The notes under the pieces are model-generated. The model searched no databases and was not told the DNA's origin. It saw only the letters and a program-made list of their open reading frames with translations. The position numbers and the translations under genes were made by a program. 64,000 nt of DNA from an uncultured Ignavibacteria bacterium (GTDB lineage Bacteria > Zixibacteria > MSB-5A5 > WJJR01 > JAJRUJ01). Below are positions 48,611-57,812 of this stretch, piece by piece. Numbering within the stretch: the first letter of the stretch is position 1; every line of letters starts with the position of its first letter. Location: positions 2,775-66,774 of the forward strand of contig CAYWVO010000010.1 in NCBI GenBank assembly GCA_964461835.1, written 5' to 3'.

Positions 48611-51262
48611 CTATTTGATCACCACAATCTTGCCAACTTGTGTCCCTAACTCCGATTCAATGGTGTACAGGTAAATTCCGGAGACAATCGCCTGAATATT
48701 CCGGCTCACCATATCCCACGCCAGATGGGAATCCGAATCCGAGAGATTCGGATGGGGATGCTGCAGTTCACGCACCAGGTCGCCATCCAACGAGAAGATT
48801 TTGATTGTCGCTTCGGACGGCAAGTTAACGAAATGGATCCGCCGGTCGCGCTCCGACCATCCTTCCTTGAACGGATCTTCATAGCCCATCCCACGGTAGT
48901 CTTCCGAAATCTTATAGGGATTCGGATAGACCGCCACCGCGAGTCCTTTTTCCTCGACCACGTCCGCCGAATACGCCGGATAGGCCAAATACGAATTGGC
49001 AATCGGCGAGGATTCCAGCGGCTCCAGGTTGGTCACCGGATTGCCGAAATCGAACGCGGTTACGGAGAAATACATGGGCTTGCTTGGCAACAGATTATCA
49101 ATTCGCGCCTCATACACCCCGTATTTCAATTCCCGAACGGCCAACGTGTCATTGACATAGAAGGTGTCCACGTACAGCTCTGATCCAGTCCGTAGGATAA
49201 TATTGCTTACTGAATCTTCCCGCGGCCCCGGGTATTTATTCGCCAGATTGTTGTCCATCGGGACAAAATAAAAGGTCGAGTCAACCCCCTCCGTCGTCTG
49301 GACGAACACGTTGTCCGGCGAGTCATACAGTTCCGGATCGAAATCTTCCCCATACATCTCGCGCAATTGTTCCACGGTCAGCGGATCAAGTCGTTGGAGA
49401 AATTCGTTGCGCGATGCATTATATTCCAACCGTTTGTAATCGACCTTGTCCCACGACGCAATCAGCGACATTGCATTGATGGTGTTCAATTCGCCCATGT
49501 ACAGCCGGTAGCCTTCCCAGTCACGGCGGTTGGTAAAATCATCCGGGGTTAATTCCGACTCCCGACCGATCCAGCGGATAATCATTTCGCCAGGGTCCAC
49601 GACTTCGGTGACAAATTCCGGCGACGGCGGCGGCGGTGGTCCTTTAAAATCCGGAATGCCGTCACCGGCATAGTAGAATGAATCGCACTGGCTGAGCACC
49701 ATGGAATCACCGACAAACTGCGTGTCCAGACAGTTGACCAAATAGAACAGCCCCTTACAGCCATCCTGCTCGCCGGTAATCGGGTCGGGGGTGTCCACGC
49801 CCGGATTATCAAATACCCAGGCGGCCCATTGCGCGTTCACCCCGAAATCGTTGAAATTGAGCTTGTCGTAGAAAACCCAAGGTTTGCCGGCATCGAAGAA
49901 TCGATCAAAATCGTCGGCGTTGACATGGAAATTATCGCCACCAATGTAGCCAACGGTGATGTTTGTTGAATCTCCCGGTCCCATGTCTGCCAGCGGACCG
50001 AAGGAGAACAGATATCGTGTGTCGTAGCCATTGGCAATGTTGGAGGCCAGTTGTTCATTGGTGGGAGCCATCCAATTCGTTGAATCGGAGAAGTCAATCG
50101 CGGCAAACAACTGATCATAGTCGAATTCACGATTGGACATAATGTAGTATTTGTTGGGATCTCCCGCCGGGGTCCCTTCCCCCCCGGTTCCGTAATCCCG
50201 ATGGCGCCGGCGGTCCCGCGGGCCCCAGTCGAAACGGGTATCCGATTCGGATGTCCACCAGTTAAAAGAATAATTCAACGGCGCCGGCCCGCACCGGTCG
50301 GGTTCCAGCGGACCTCGGACAACACGGGTGCCGGCCACTGCAGTGTTGCTGCGGAAATCAAACGCTCCCCCAAACGGGTCACCGTCATTGTCGGCAGTCC
50401 AGGCAATATTAATCGTATCCATCAGGCCGGGATAATTGGAGGGCACGGCAAACTTATAGCCGGAGTAGTCGTCGCGAAAACCCTCCGTGGACAGGCCCAT
50501 CGCCCGGTTCCAGCAGTCGGCATCGACATACAGCCCCATATAAGCGCTCTTCAGGCTGTCTTCCTGCGAAATGTTAAAGATGGTGAAATCGAGCAGGATA
50601 AAATCCTGTGCGTACTCATACGACCAGGAATAACTGCGTTGCCGCACCTTGATATTCAGCGGCTGGTGGGGCCGGCCATCGTACGGATCGGGATCGATAT
50701 ACGACGTCGAGGTCATCGTATCGGTATACTCGGCGATATGATCCCACTCGGAGATGGCGTCCTCCGAATAATATTCGGATGATTTTCGGGTCGTCCGGGT
50801 AATGATTTCACCTTCCGGAATGTGGTCGGGATACATTTCATTAATCCGCATCCACCCGTCCGAACCAACCGTCACCAGAGTGTCAATCCCCACGACCGCG
50901 CCGAACCACAACGCACCAGCGTAGAGGTAATTCGAACCCGATCCTGCCGGGAATTCGAAGGAGGGCGCCGGGCTGCCGTCCGGCTCCAGCAATTCATCCC
51001 ACTGGTCCATAAAGTTAGAACCGAAAATCCCGTAGTTGGTAATGGTCATCCAGACATTGCCCACCTTGTGAGAGCGGTTCATCACGTTGGGAACACCGGC
51101 AGCAACTTTCCCCAATTCGACTTGTCGATTCAAATACCGCCGATGGGAATCGGGTACGTCATTTATCGCCCATGCTTGCCCGGTGAAAAGCACCACGATA
51201 GCCACGGCGAGTATACCCATGACCCGTTGACCTCGTCCCTCGTGTATCCGAAAGGTACCCAT
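48611..51262 (-). CDS. ~870-aa secreted protein family member, paralog 2, with variant T9SS-like C-terminal domain
   Basis: Signal MGILAVAIVVLFTGQAWA. Same family as 44933..47572 and 51334..53934. C-terminal VYPNPYKISEDYRG...RRIHFVNLPSEATIKIFSLDGDLVREL...IVSGIYLYTIES...GKIVVIK. Confidence 0.85.
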   Translation of the reverse strand: MGTFRIHEGRGQRVMGILAVAIVVLFTGQAWAINDVPDSHRRYLNRQVELGKVAAGVPNVMNRSHKVGNVWMTITNYGIFGSNFMDQWDELLEPDGSPAPSFEFPAGSGSNYLYAGALWFGAVVGIDTLVTVGSDGWMRINEMYPDHIPEGEIITRTTRKSSEYYSEDAISEWDHIAEYTDTMTSTSYIDPDPYDGRPHQPLNIKVRQRSYSWSYEYAQDFILLDFTIFNISQEDSLKSAYMGLYVDADCWNRAMGLSTEGFRDDYSGYKFAVPSNYPGLMDTINIAWTADNDGDPFGGAFDFRSNTAVAGTRVVRGPLEPDRCGPAPLNYSFNWWTSESDTRFDWGPRDRRRHRDYGTGGEGTPAGDPNKYYIMSNREFDYDQLFAAIDFSDSTNWMAPTNEQLASNIANGYDTRYLFSFGPLADMGPGDSTNITVGYIGGDNFHVNADDFDRFFDAGKPWVFYDKLNFNDFGVNAQWAAWVFDNPGVDTPDPITGEQDGCKGLFYLVNCLDTQFVGDSMVLSQCDSFYYAGDGIPDFKGPPPPPSPEFVTEVVDPGEMIIRWIGRESELTPDDFTNRRDWEGYRLYMGELNTINAMSLIASWDKVDYKRLEYNASRNEFLQRLDPLTVEQLREMYGEDFDPELYDSPDNVFVQTTEGVDSTFYFVPMDNNLANKYPGPREDSVSNIILRTGSELYVDTFYVNDTLAVRELKYGVYEARIDNLLPSKPMYFSVTAFDFGNPVTNLEPLESSPIANSYLAYPAYSADVVEEKGLAVAVYPNPYKISEDYRGMGYEDPFKEGWSERDRRIHFVNLPSEATIKIFSLDGDLVRELQHPHPNLSDSDSHLAWDMVSRNIQAIVSGIYLYTIESELGTQVGKIVVIK

Positions 51263-51333
51263 TCACTAACCCTGCCTGTTATCTGTGCCGGGTGACGACC
51301 CGACACGCGAATGTTGTTGGTTCTCGTTCGTCA

Positions 51334-53934
51334 TCATTTGATTATGACAAATTTGCCTACCTGCGTGCCGGTTTCGGCCTCTACGGTGTAAAGGTACATG
51401 CCGGACACGATTGCCTGCGTGTTTTTCGTGATCAAATCCCAATAGGCGGTGGAAGTGGTTTCGGTAAACGGTTGGCCCGGCCCGTGTTGGATTTCCCGGA
51501 TTATGTCGCCGTCCAGCGAATAAATGGTGATCTTCGCCTCAGCGGGAAGATTAACGAAATGGATACGACGGGAACGCTCCGACCACCCGGAACGATCACG
51601 ATCTTCATAGCCCCGCCCCCGGTAATCAGCGGAAATCTTATACGGGTTGGGATACACACCTACCTTCAAGCCTTCTTCGACAACCCGGTCGGCCGAGTGG
51701 CTGGGAAAGGCCAACGCCGCGTTGATCAACGGCGATGATTCCAGGGGGGCCAAAATTTCGCGGTTACCGTAATCGAACGTGGTGACGGCAATATAATACG
51801 GCTGTGACGGGAGCAAATTGTCAAATTCGATCTTATACTCACCGTACGACAGCAAAACACTATCCTCATCTCTGAATTCTACCGTGTTGACCCGCTCAAT
51901 CCGGTTATAGACCGTATCAGTGCCGTTAATGTCTGCAATATTCCCTTGGTTCCAATCCTGCGGTTCAAAATAGAACAGGGAGTCGTGCGCATCACGAAAC
52001 GGGTCGTCCGGAGAGCCGTAGCGGTTCGGATCAAAATCTTCGCCGTACCATTTCTTCAACGTATCCAGCGGTACGGGATACAGTTCCTGCGTCCACTTGT
52101 CGGAGGACGGATTATAATCATAGCGCCGAAAATCGATCAAATCCCACGAGGCGACCAGGGCGTAGTTGGTCAGGGTGTTGAAATCCGCCACATAGACCCG
52201 ATATCCCTCAAAATCGGGACGCAGCGTGAAATCATCCGGGGTAAGCTCCGATTCCCGCCCGTTCCAGCGAACGGTGAGTCGCCCCGGGCCGGCCTGAATG
52301 TTCAGATCGGGTGCCGGCGGGGGCGGCGGCCCTTCGAAATCGGGAACTCCATCACCAGCATACCATACCGTATCGCAGTCGGCCAGCTCAACGGTATCAC
52401 CCGACGGGATCGTATCGCGGCAATTCACCAGGTAAAACAAGCCCGCACAGCCGTCCTCGTCCGTGTCCACGCCCGGGTTATCAAAGACCCACGCTGCCCA
52501 TTGGGCGTTGACCGCGAAATCAGAAAAATCGAGTTTTTCGTAAAACGGGTTCGGATCGAGTGGATCAAAATACTCTTCAAAATCGTCGCCGCCGACATGG
52601 AAATTTTCTCCGCCCACATAGCCCACCGTGACGTACGTCGACTCACCCGGCGCCATGTCATCAAGCGGGCCAAAAGAGAACAGGTACCGCGTATCATATC
52701 CATCGGCGATATCGGTGGCCAATCCCGATTGTTTGGGAGCACGCCAATCGGTGGAATCGGAAAAATCAACGCCGGAAAACAACTGATCGTAATCAAATTC
52801 TCTATTCGACATGATGTAGTATTTATTCAAATCACCGGCCGGCGTCCCATCACCGCCCGTGCCGTAATCGCGGTAGTTGGTCTTTTTGCGCGGACCCCAA
52901 TCAAATCGCGTATCGCCATTGGAGGTCCACCAATTAAACGAATAATTCAGCGGCGCCGGCCCGCAGAGTTCCGCGTCTGACGGACCCCGCACCACACGCG
53001 TTCCCGAGATCCCCGTAGGGCTCATGTAATTAAAAATACCACCAGAGATCGGATCACCGTCGTTATCGGCCGTCCAGGCGATATTAATGGTATCTTGCAA
53101 ACCCGGATACGGGGACGGCACGGTCCGCAGATATCCGGAGTAATCATCCGCATACCCCGTACCCGGCGACGCCTCATGCCAGCAGTCGGCGTCCACATAC
53201 AGCGCCATGTATGGTTTTTCGATGACCTCGTCACTGATGTTTTGCAGAATAAAATCAATCAGAATAAAATCCTGCGCATAATCATACGACCAGGAATAGC
53301 TCTTCTGGGTAATGCGCAGACCGATCGGGAGGTGCGGCCGTCCGGCGTCAGGGTCCGGCGGCACAAATGACTGATCCGTCAGTGTGTCTGTATAGACCGC
53401 GATGTAATCCTGTTCCGAAACTGCATCCTCCGAAAAATACTCCGACGATTGACGATTGGAGAGTTGAATGATCTCTCCCGCCGCTCCCTCGTCGGGAAAC
53501 GTCTCGTTGATAGGTTGCCAGCCATCGGCGCCCACCGAAACCAGCGTATCGTACCCCTTGATCGCGCCAAACCACAAGGCGCCTTGAAACAGGTAGTTAA
53601 TTCCCGATCCCGCCGGAAATTCAAATGAGGGCGCCGGCTGCCCGGCGTAGGGCCCCACCTGCTCCGTTAACTGGTTCTGGCGGAATTGACTGCCAAAAAA
53701 ACCGTAATTGGTAATGGTCATCCAAACATTACCGACACGATGGCTCCGATTTTGTACATTCGGAATCGCTGTGGTCTTACCCAACTGCTCACGCATCTCA
53801 TGTTCGGCGGTGGGGTCTTCTTTCATGCGGGCTGAGGCGGGTTGTATCATCACAAATAAAAGCGGGACGAGAAGGACCCCGACGATGCCGCGGCACCGGT
53901 TCCTCATACCCATTGTGCTCCTCCAGACATTCAT
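51334..53934 (-). CDS. ~870-aa secreted protein family member, paralog 3, with variant T9SS-like C-terminal domain
   Basis: Signal GIVGVLLVPLLFVMIQPASA. Closest to paralog 2. C-terminal VYPNPYKISADYRG...RRIHFVNLPAEAKITIYSLDGDIIREI...IVSGMYLYTVEA...GKFVIIK. Confidence 0.85.
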   Translation of the reverse strand: MNVWRSTMGMRNRCRGIVGVLLVPLLFVMIQPASARMKEDPTAEHEMREQLGKTTAIPNVQNRSHRVGNVWMTITNYGFFGSQFRQNQLTEQVGPYAGQPAPSFEFPAGSGINYLFQGALWFGAIKGYDTLVSVGADGWQPINETFPDEGAAGEIIQLSNRQSSEYFSEDAVSEQDYIAVYTDTLTDQSFVPPDPDAGRPHLPIGLRITQKSYSWSYDYAQDFILIDFILQNISDEVIEKPYMALYVDADCWHEASPGTGYADDYSGYLRTVPSPYPGLQDTINIAWTADNDGDPISGGIFNYMSPTGISGTRVVRGPSDAELCGPAPLNYSFNWWTSNGDTRFDWGPRKKTNYRDYGTGGDGTPAGDLNKYYIMSNREFDYDQLFSGVDFSDSTDWRAPKQSGLATDIADGYDTRYLFSFGPLDDMAPGESTYVTVGYVGGENFHVGGDDFEEYFDPLDPNPFYEKLDFSDFAVNAQWAAWVFDNPGVDTDEDGCAGLFYLVNCRDTIPSGDTVELADCDTVWYAGDGVPDFEGPPPPPAPDLNIQAGPGRLTVRWNGRESELTPDDFTLRPDFEGYRVYVADFNTLTNYALVASWDLIDFRRYDYNPSSDKWTQELYPVPLDTLKKWYGEDFDPNRYGSPDDPFRDAHDSLFYFEPQDWNQGNIADINGTDTVYNRIERVNTVEFRDEDSVLLSYGEYKIEFDNLLPSQPYYIAVTTFDYGNREILAPLESSPLINAALAFPSHSADRVVEEGLKVGVYPNPYKISADYRGRGYEDRDRSGWSERSRRIHFVNLPAEAKITIYSLDGDIIREIQHGPGQPFTETTSTAYWDLITKNTQAIVSGMYLYTVEAETGTQVGKFVIIK

Positions 53935-54006
53935 TCGTTTTGCCGGTACATCTCCACCGGGGGCGGACAGGCGCCGTCCCCGGCGAACATGTTTTCTCCA
54001 CGGAGC

Positions 54007-57000
54007 TTAGAAATTCACTCCCAGGCCGACCCGGATGTTGCGTCCCGCACCGTAATTAGTCGGCGCATCATCCGACTCGAGGCCGGTATATACGATACCG
54101 TCAATGTTGAGCGCGGTATTCGGGCGACCAGTCGCACCGTACACGTTGTCGATGTTCTTGGTGTCGAAAATGTTGTTGACCCATACTTCAAACGAATACC
54201 GGAGATTCCAGATCGCGAAATCCTTGTTGAAACGGACGTCGACCGTTGACGAGGCCGGCATCCGCTCGGAGTTCGGCAACGGATCTTCACCCGGCACCAG
54301 TGTTTCCGCGGTGCCCGGGTGTTCCCGTGAGGGTGTGTACGGGAAGCCGGAACCATACTGCCAGAGGATATTCAAGCCCCAGTTGTCCGGCAATTTCAAA
54401 CCGAACAGCCGCGGATGATCCCCGGGGGGGATCCGCAAGTCAAGGTTTAATGTCAACTGGTGCCGAACGTCCCAGTCCAGCGGGGACTCCTGAATAGGAA
54501 TGTCGCGGTTGTAGTAGTTGTCGTAGTAGTTCGACGATTCCGAAGAGGACTTCCCGTAGGCGAACGCGTAGTTATACGTCGCGTAACCTGAGGTGTAGTT
54601 TCCGTACTTCTTTTCCAGCTCCAGCTCGAGACCCCGGGCCCGCGCATAGTCATGGTTTTCATAGACGTTGCGCGAGATCGGCCCGATGTTCTCAATCGTG
54701 GTGTTGATTAGCCCGAAGTCGTCTTTGTAGAAGCCTTGAATCGACAGCACGTACTCCGGCGACATCGCGTACTGAACACCAAACTCATACTGGATGGTCT
54801 TTTTATAGTCAATATTGGAGTTGCCGATAATCCCGAAGGCGTTGGAGGCCTGCGAGGCCCGCTTGTACATGTAATCCAGGTCGGGCATCTGATAAAAATG
54901 CCCGTAGTTGAAGAAGACCTTCGCCTTATCGGAGATCGGATAGGAAAACGCGATCCGCGGGGAGAATTTATCCTGGCGGTCGATAATCTCTTTCTCCTCC
55001 ACGCTCTGTTTTTCCTGTTCATCTTCAACCGCCTCGACATCCTGAATGAAGAAATCGTAACGGAACCCGAGGTTCGCCACCATCTGGCCGTACTCCATCT
55101 TGTCCCGGACATAGAACGCGCCGGTCAGCGGCTCACGGACATAGAAGTCACGGAAAGTGCCGCGCTCCGGCCATGGCCCGCCATCCGGATAGCCGTCATA
55201 CGGATAATAGGGGTACTGCAGCTCGCCCATATTCAGCGAGTTATTGGTCAGTTTGAAACCGGTCTTGACTTCATGCTCTTTGGCCAATTGGCTGGTGAGG
55301 TCAACGTTAAAAGTGGTAATCTGCAGATCTCGCTCGTGCCAGAGGGCCCATTGATTCCAGCCGAAATCCCAGAATCCATCCGCCGGGTCCCATTTGCCGT
55401 TACCATTCACATCCGTGAACGGTTCACCCAGATCATACTTAAAATTGGGCGGATCATAAATGCCGTTACCATTCAAATCCTGATACGGGATATTCATCAT
55501 CCAGGGATCGTCCGGGCCGTCATAGCGGGAATTCCGCGAGAGGTCTTGATATGGTTCACCGAACTCGTACCCCAGCAGCCATGAATCCCAGACACCGTTG
55601 TTGTTGACATCCGTGAACGGTTCACCCAGCGAGTGGTCGCCGTCGACATAGGGTTCCGGCTGATCCTGGTTTACCGGACGGCCGCGTTCCGGGTTGTAAG
55701 TGCCGTCATTGTTGGAATCAAAGATCAGCACGTCGCCGGAATCCCAGCGTCCGTTGTTGTTGGCATCGACAAACGGTTCGCCGCTGTCCGGATCGTACTT
55801 GCCGTTGTTGTTGAAATCATACACCAGAGAGTCGGAGGTGGCGTCCGGGAAATTCGGATCAGGGGGATCGTACCGGCCGTTCGGGATGTTATCCAGGTAG
55901 ATATCACCAAAATTGTAGTTTGGATCACCCGTAAAGAGGTTGGTATCCGGCCATTCGTTGATGAACTCTTCCGGAGGATCATAGACAGCATTGTTGTTTC
56001 GGTCCTGGAAGCTTTCCCACTGATCATACAGCAGGAAGGCATCCGGCCGTTGCCGCCCGCCCGGCGTATTCGGATCGCCCGGCATCTGTGAATACAGCCG
56101 GCTGTACCGGGAGAGAATCACCTGGTAGTACGTCGATTTATTCACGTTATGGAGGAACGTCAGAGAAAAGCGATCGTTGTGATCCTCAATCCAGCCCACC
56201 GTGCCCGGCGTGTAGCGGTAGGCCCAGCCATACCGGTCTTCGGAAGGCATCCGACGTTCCCAGGACCCTTTCCAGTTGAAGGTCAGGTGCATGTCCGGCG
56301 TCATGCGATAGTTGATCTTTACCCCGGCATTGGCGGCGTTGTCCTGACGATCTTTGATTTTGAGGCCAAGGAATTTCACTTCACGGAAATCAGCGCGACG
56401 GGATATAGAAGTGACTTCGTTGTACGGGAAATACGTGTCGTGCCGTTCGATGTCCCCGGTAATATTATAGAACAGTTTTCCGCGGAACAGCGGTCCCACA
56501 TCCAGTCCCCAACCGGACAACGGTTCCGGACCACCGAGGTTGAATTCCACCCGGTCATAGTTGAAGGAGTTGGCATTCAAATTTTCCGTGCCGAAATCGT
56601 CCGTCCACAACTGGAAATGACCGGAAGTAATCCGCCGACCGGACTTGGTCGCCACGTTAATAACACCCGACGTGGCATTCCCGTACTCGGCGTCCCAGCC
56701 ACCTTTCAAGATTGACAGGTTCTCAATATCCTGACCGGAAAGGTTCAGCGATTCCGTTGGCCCACGACCACCGAGTGGGTCTTTCAATTCTACACCGTCA
56801 ACGATGTAGATCAACTCGTTGGCTCGGCCGCCACGGATATGGATTTGTCCGTCCCGATTGACCACGCCGACTTGGGTGCGCAAAATATCCTCGACATTGG
56901 TCACCGGCATACTCTGAATGCGTTCGGAGGTCACGGTCCGACGAGTCGAAGTCACGTCAACCTGAATGGTCTTTTTTTCCGACTGCACGACAATCGTCTT

Positions 57001-57354
57001 GTCGATGTCGAGTACGGCCTGGGAAATCTCCAAATTAATTTGCTCAGTCAGACCGGGCGAGATCGTCACATCAGTATATTCCAATGTTTGGTAGCCGATC
57101 ATCCTCACGATTACGGTATAAGTTCCCGCCGGCACCGCCTGGATTTGGAAACTGCCGTCCATATCGGTTAGGGCACCCAGGGTTGTCCCCGCTACCTGGA
57201 CCGGACAGTTCGGGACGGGTTCTTTTGTCTTGGCGTCGATGACCGTTCCGGCAATTTTACCGTGCGTCTGCGCCATGACTTGTGTCGAGGCAGCCACCAC
57301 GAGCAGTGCCGCGGCACAGATAAGCAAAAACTTTGCGCTTCCTCGATTAAGCAT
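54007..57354 (-). CDS. TonB-dependent-receptor-like outer-membrane barrel (Oar/SusC-like: CarboxypepD_reg + plug + barrel) with a DxNxNG repeat insertion
   Basis: Signal KFLLICAAALLVVAASTQVMA. Carboxypeptidase-regulatory-like domain GKIAGTVIDAKTKEPVPNCPVQVAGTTLGALTDMDGSFQIQAVPAGTYTVIV. Plug VTSERIQSMPVTNVEDILRTQVGVV...IHIRGGRANELIYIVDGVELKDPLGG. The C-terminal ...GAGRNIRVGLGVNF ends in Phe. About 240 aa (roughly residues 425-665) carry repeated GEPF(T/V)D.N.NG.(W/Y)D units. Confidence 0.85.
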   Translation of the reverse strand: MLNRGSAKFLLICAAALLVVAASTQVMAQTHGKIAGTVIDAKTKEPVPNCPVQVAGTTLGALTDMDGSFQIQAVPAGTYTVIVRMIGYQTLEYTDVTISPGLTEQINLEISQAVLDIDKTIVVQSEKKTIQVDVTSTRRTVTSERIQSMPVTNVEDILRTQVGVVNRDGQIHIRGGRANELIYIVDGVELKDPLGGRGPTESLNLSGQDIENLSILKGGWDAEYGNATSGVINVATKSGRRITSGHFQLWTDDFGTENLNANSFNYDRVEFNLGGPEPLSGWGLDVGPLFRGKLFYNITGDIERHDTYFPYNEVTSISRRADFREVKFLGLKIKDRQDNAANAGVKINYRMTPDMHLTFNWKGSWERRMPSEDRYGWAYRYTPGTVGWIEDHNDRFSLTFLHNVNKSTYYQVILSRYSRLYSQMPGDPNTPGGRQRPDAFLLYDQWESFQDRNNNAVYDPPEEFINEWPDTNLFTGDPNYNFGDIYLDNIPNGRYDPPDPNFPDATSDSLVYDFNNNGKYDPDSGEPFVDANNNGRWDSGDVLIFDSNNDGTYNPERGRPVNQDQPEPYVDGDHSLGEPFTDVNNNGVWDSWLLGYEFGEPYQDLSRNSRYDGPDDPWMMNIPYQDLNGNGIYDPPNFKYDLGEPFTDVNGNGKWDPADGFWDFGWNQWALWHERDLQITTFNVDLTSQLAKEHEVKTGFKLTNNSLNMGELQYPYYPYDGYPDGGPWPERGTFRDFYVREPLTGAFYVRDKMEYGQMVANLGFRYDFFIQDVEAVEDEQEKQSVEEKEIIDRQDKFSPRIAFSYPISDKAKVFFNYGHFYQMPDLDYMYKRASQASNAFGIIGNSNIDYKKTIQYEFGVQYAMSPEYVLSIQGFYKDDFGLINTTIENIGPISRNVYENHDYARARGLELELEKKYGNYTSGYATYNYAFAYGKSSSESSNYYDNYYNRDIPIQESPLDWDVRHQLTLNLDLRIPPGDHPRLFGLKLPDNWGLNILWQYGSGFPYTPSREHPGTAETLVPGEDPLPNSERMPASSTVDVRFNKDFAIWNLRYSFEVWVNNIFDTKNIDNVYGATGRPNTALNIDGIVYTGLESDDAPTNYGAGRNIRVGLGVNF

Positions 57355-57672
57355 CCTGACCTCCTTCTAACACCTCACACAATCAACGAATGTATTATTC
57401 TGTCTTACGAGACCAAAAAGGAACACCGCGATGAGAACCTGCTTGCTTTGAATGGAGTACTGTCGCAGCGACAACTGTCCTCGAAGTACACTCTCACAAC
57501 CGCCCTGCGCTCTCGCTGTGCCCCAACACCTCTTCACGAGACATCCTGTCCTGCTCGGCTGCCACCTGGGTGAAACATACTGACGGCATTCGTCGTAGGA
57601 AAAAACCGAGCGGGTTGACCTCCTCCCTTTCACCTTGGTGCGACGCTGCCCGCGCCGCGGAAACAGAATAAA

Positions 57673-57702
57673 TATTTAGTTTTTCATCCGGTTTTAAGTC
57701 AA
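57673..57702 (-). promoter_or_regulatory. Weak candidate promoter for the OM-module operon
   Basis: On the minus strand: TTGACT (57702..57697), 18-nt spacer, TAAATA (57678..57673), in the only AT-rich patch of the 458-nt gap. It would give a leader of about 310 nt. Confidence 0.2.
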
Positions 57703-57812
57703 GCTGTTTTTGGGTTTTCATCACCTTTTAGTCATTTTCCCAAAAGGAGTTACCCCTCCCTTCAGTCACCATACCACAACGGGGAGCAAATATTCCCCAA
57801 ATTCGCTAAAAT

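Noticed and set aside
51946-52980. 344-aa plus-strand ORF, and similar ORFs at 50201..50782, 54736..55584, 56149..56715 and 45929..46549
   Set aside because: All lie antisense to the large minus-strand genes, whose paralogy and motifs establish the coding strand. Their translations are Arg/Ile/Gly-rich and low in complexity.
57355-57700. Possible cobalamin or other riboswitch upstream of the TonB-dependent receptor
   Set aside because: I looked on the minus strand for the B12 box (GCCACTG-type core) and for other familiar riboswitch cores and found none. Only generic GC-rich pairing potential is present, so it stays an open question in findings rather than a feature.
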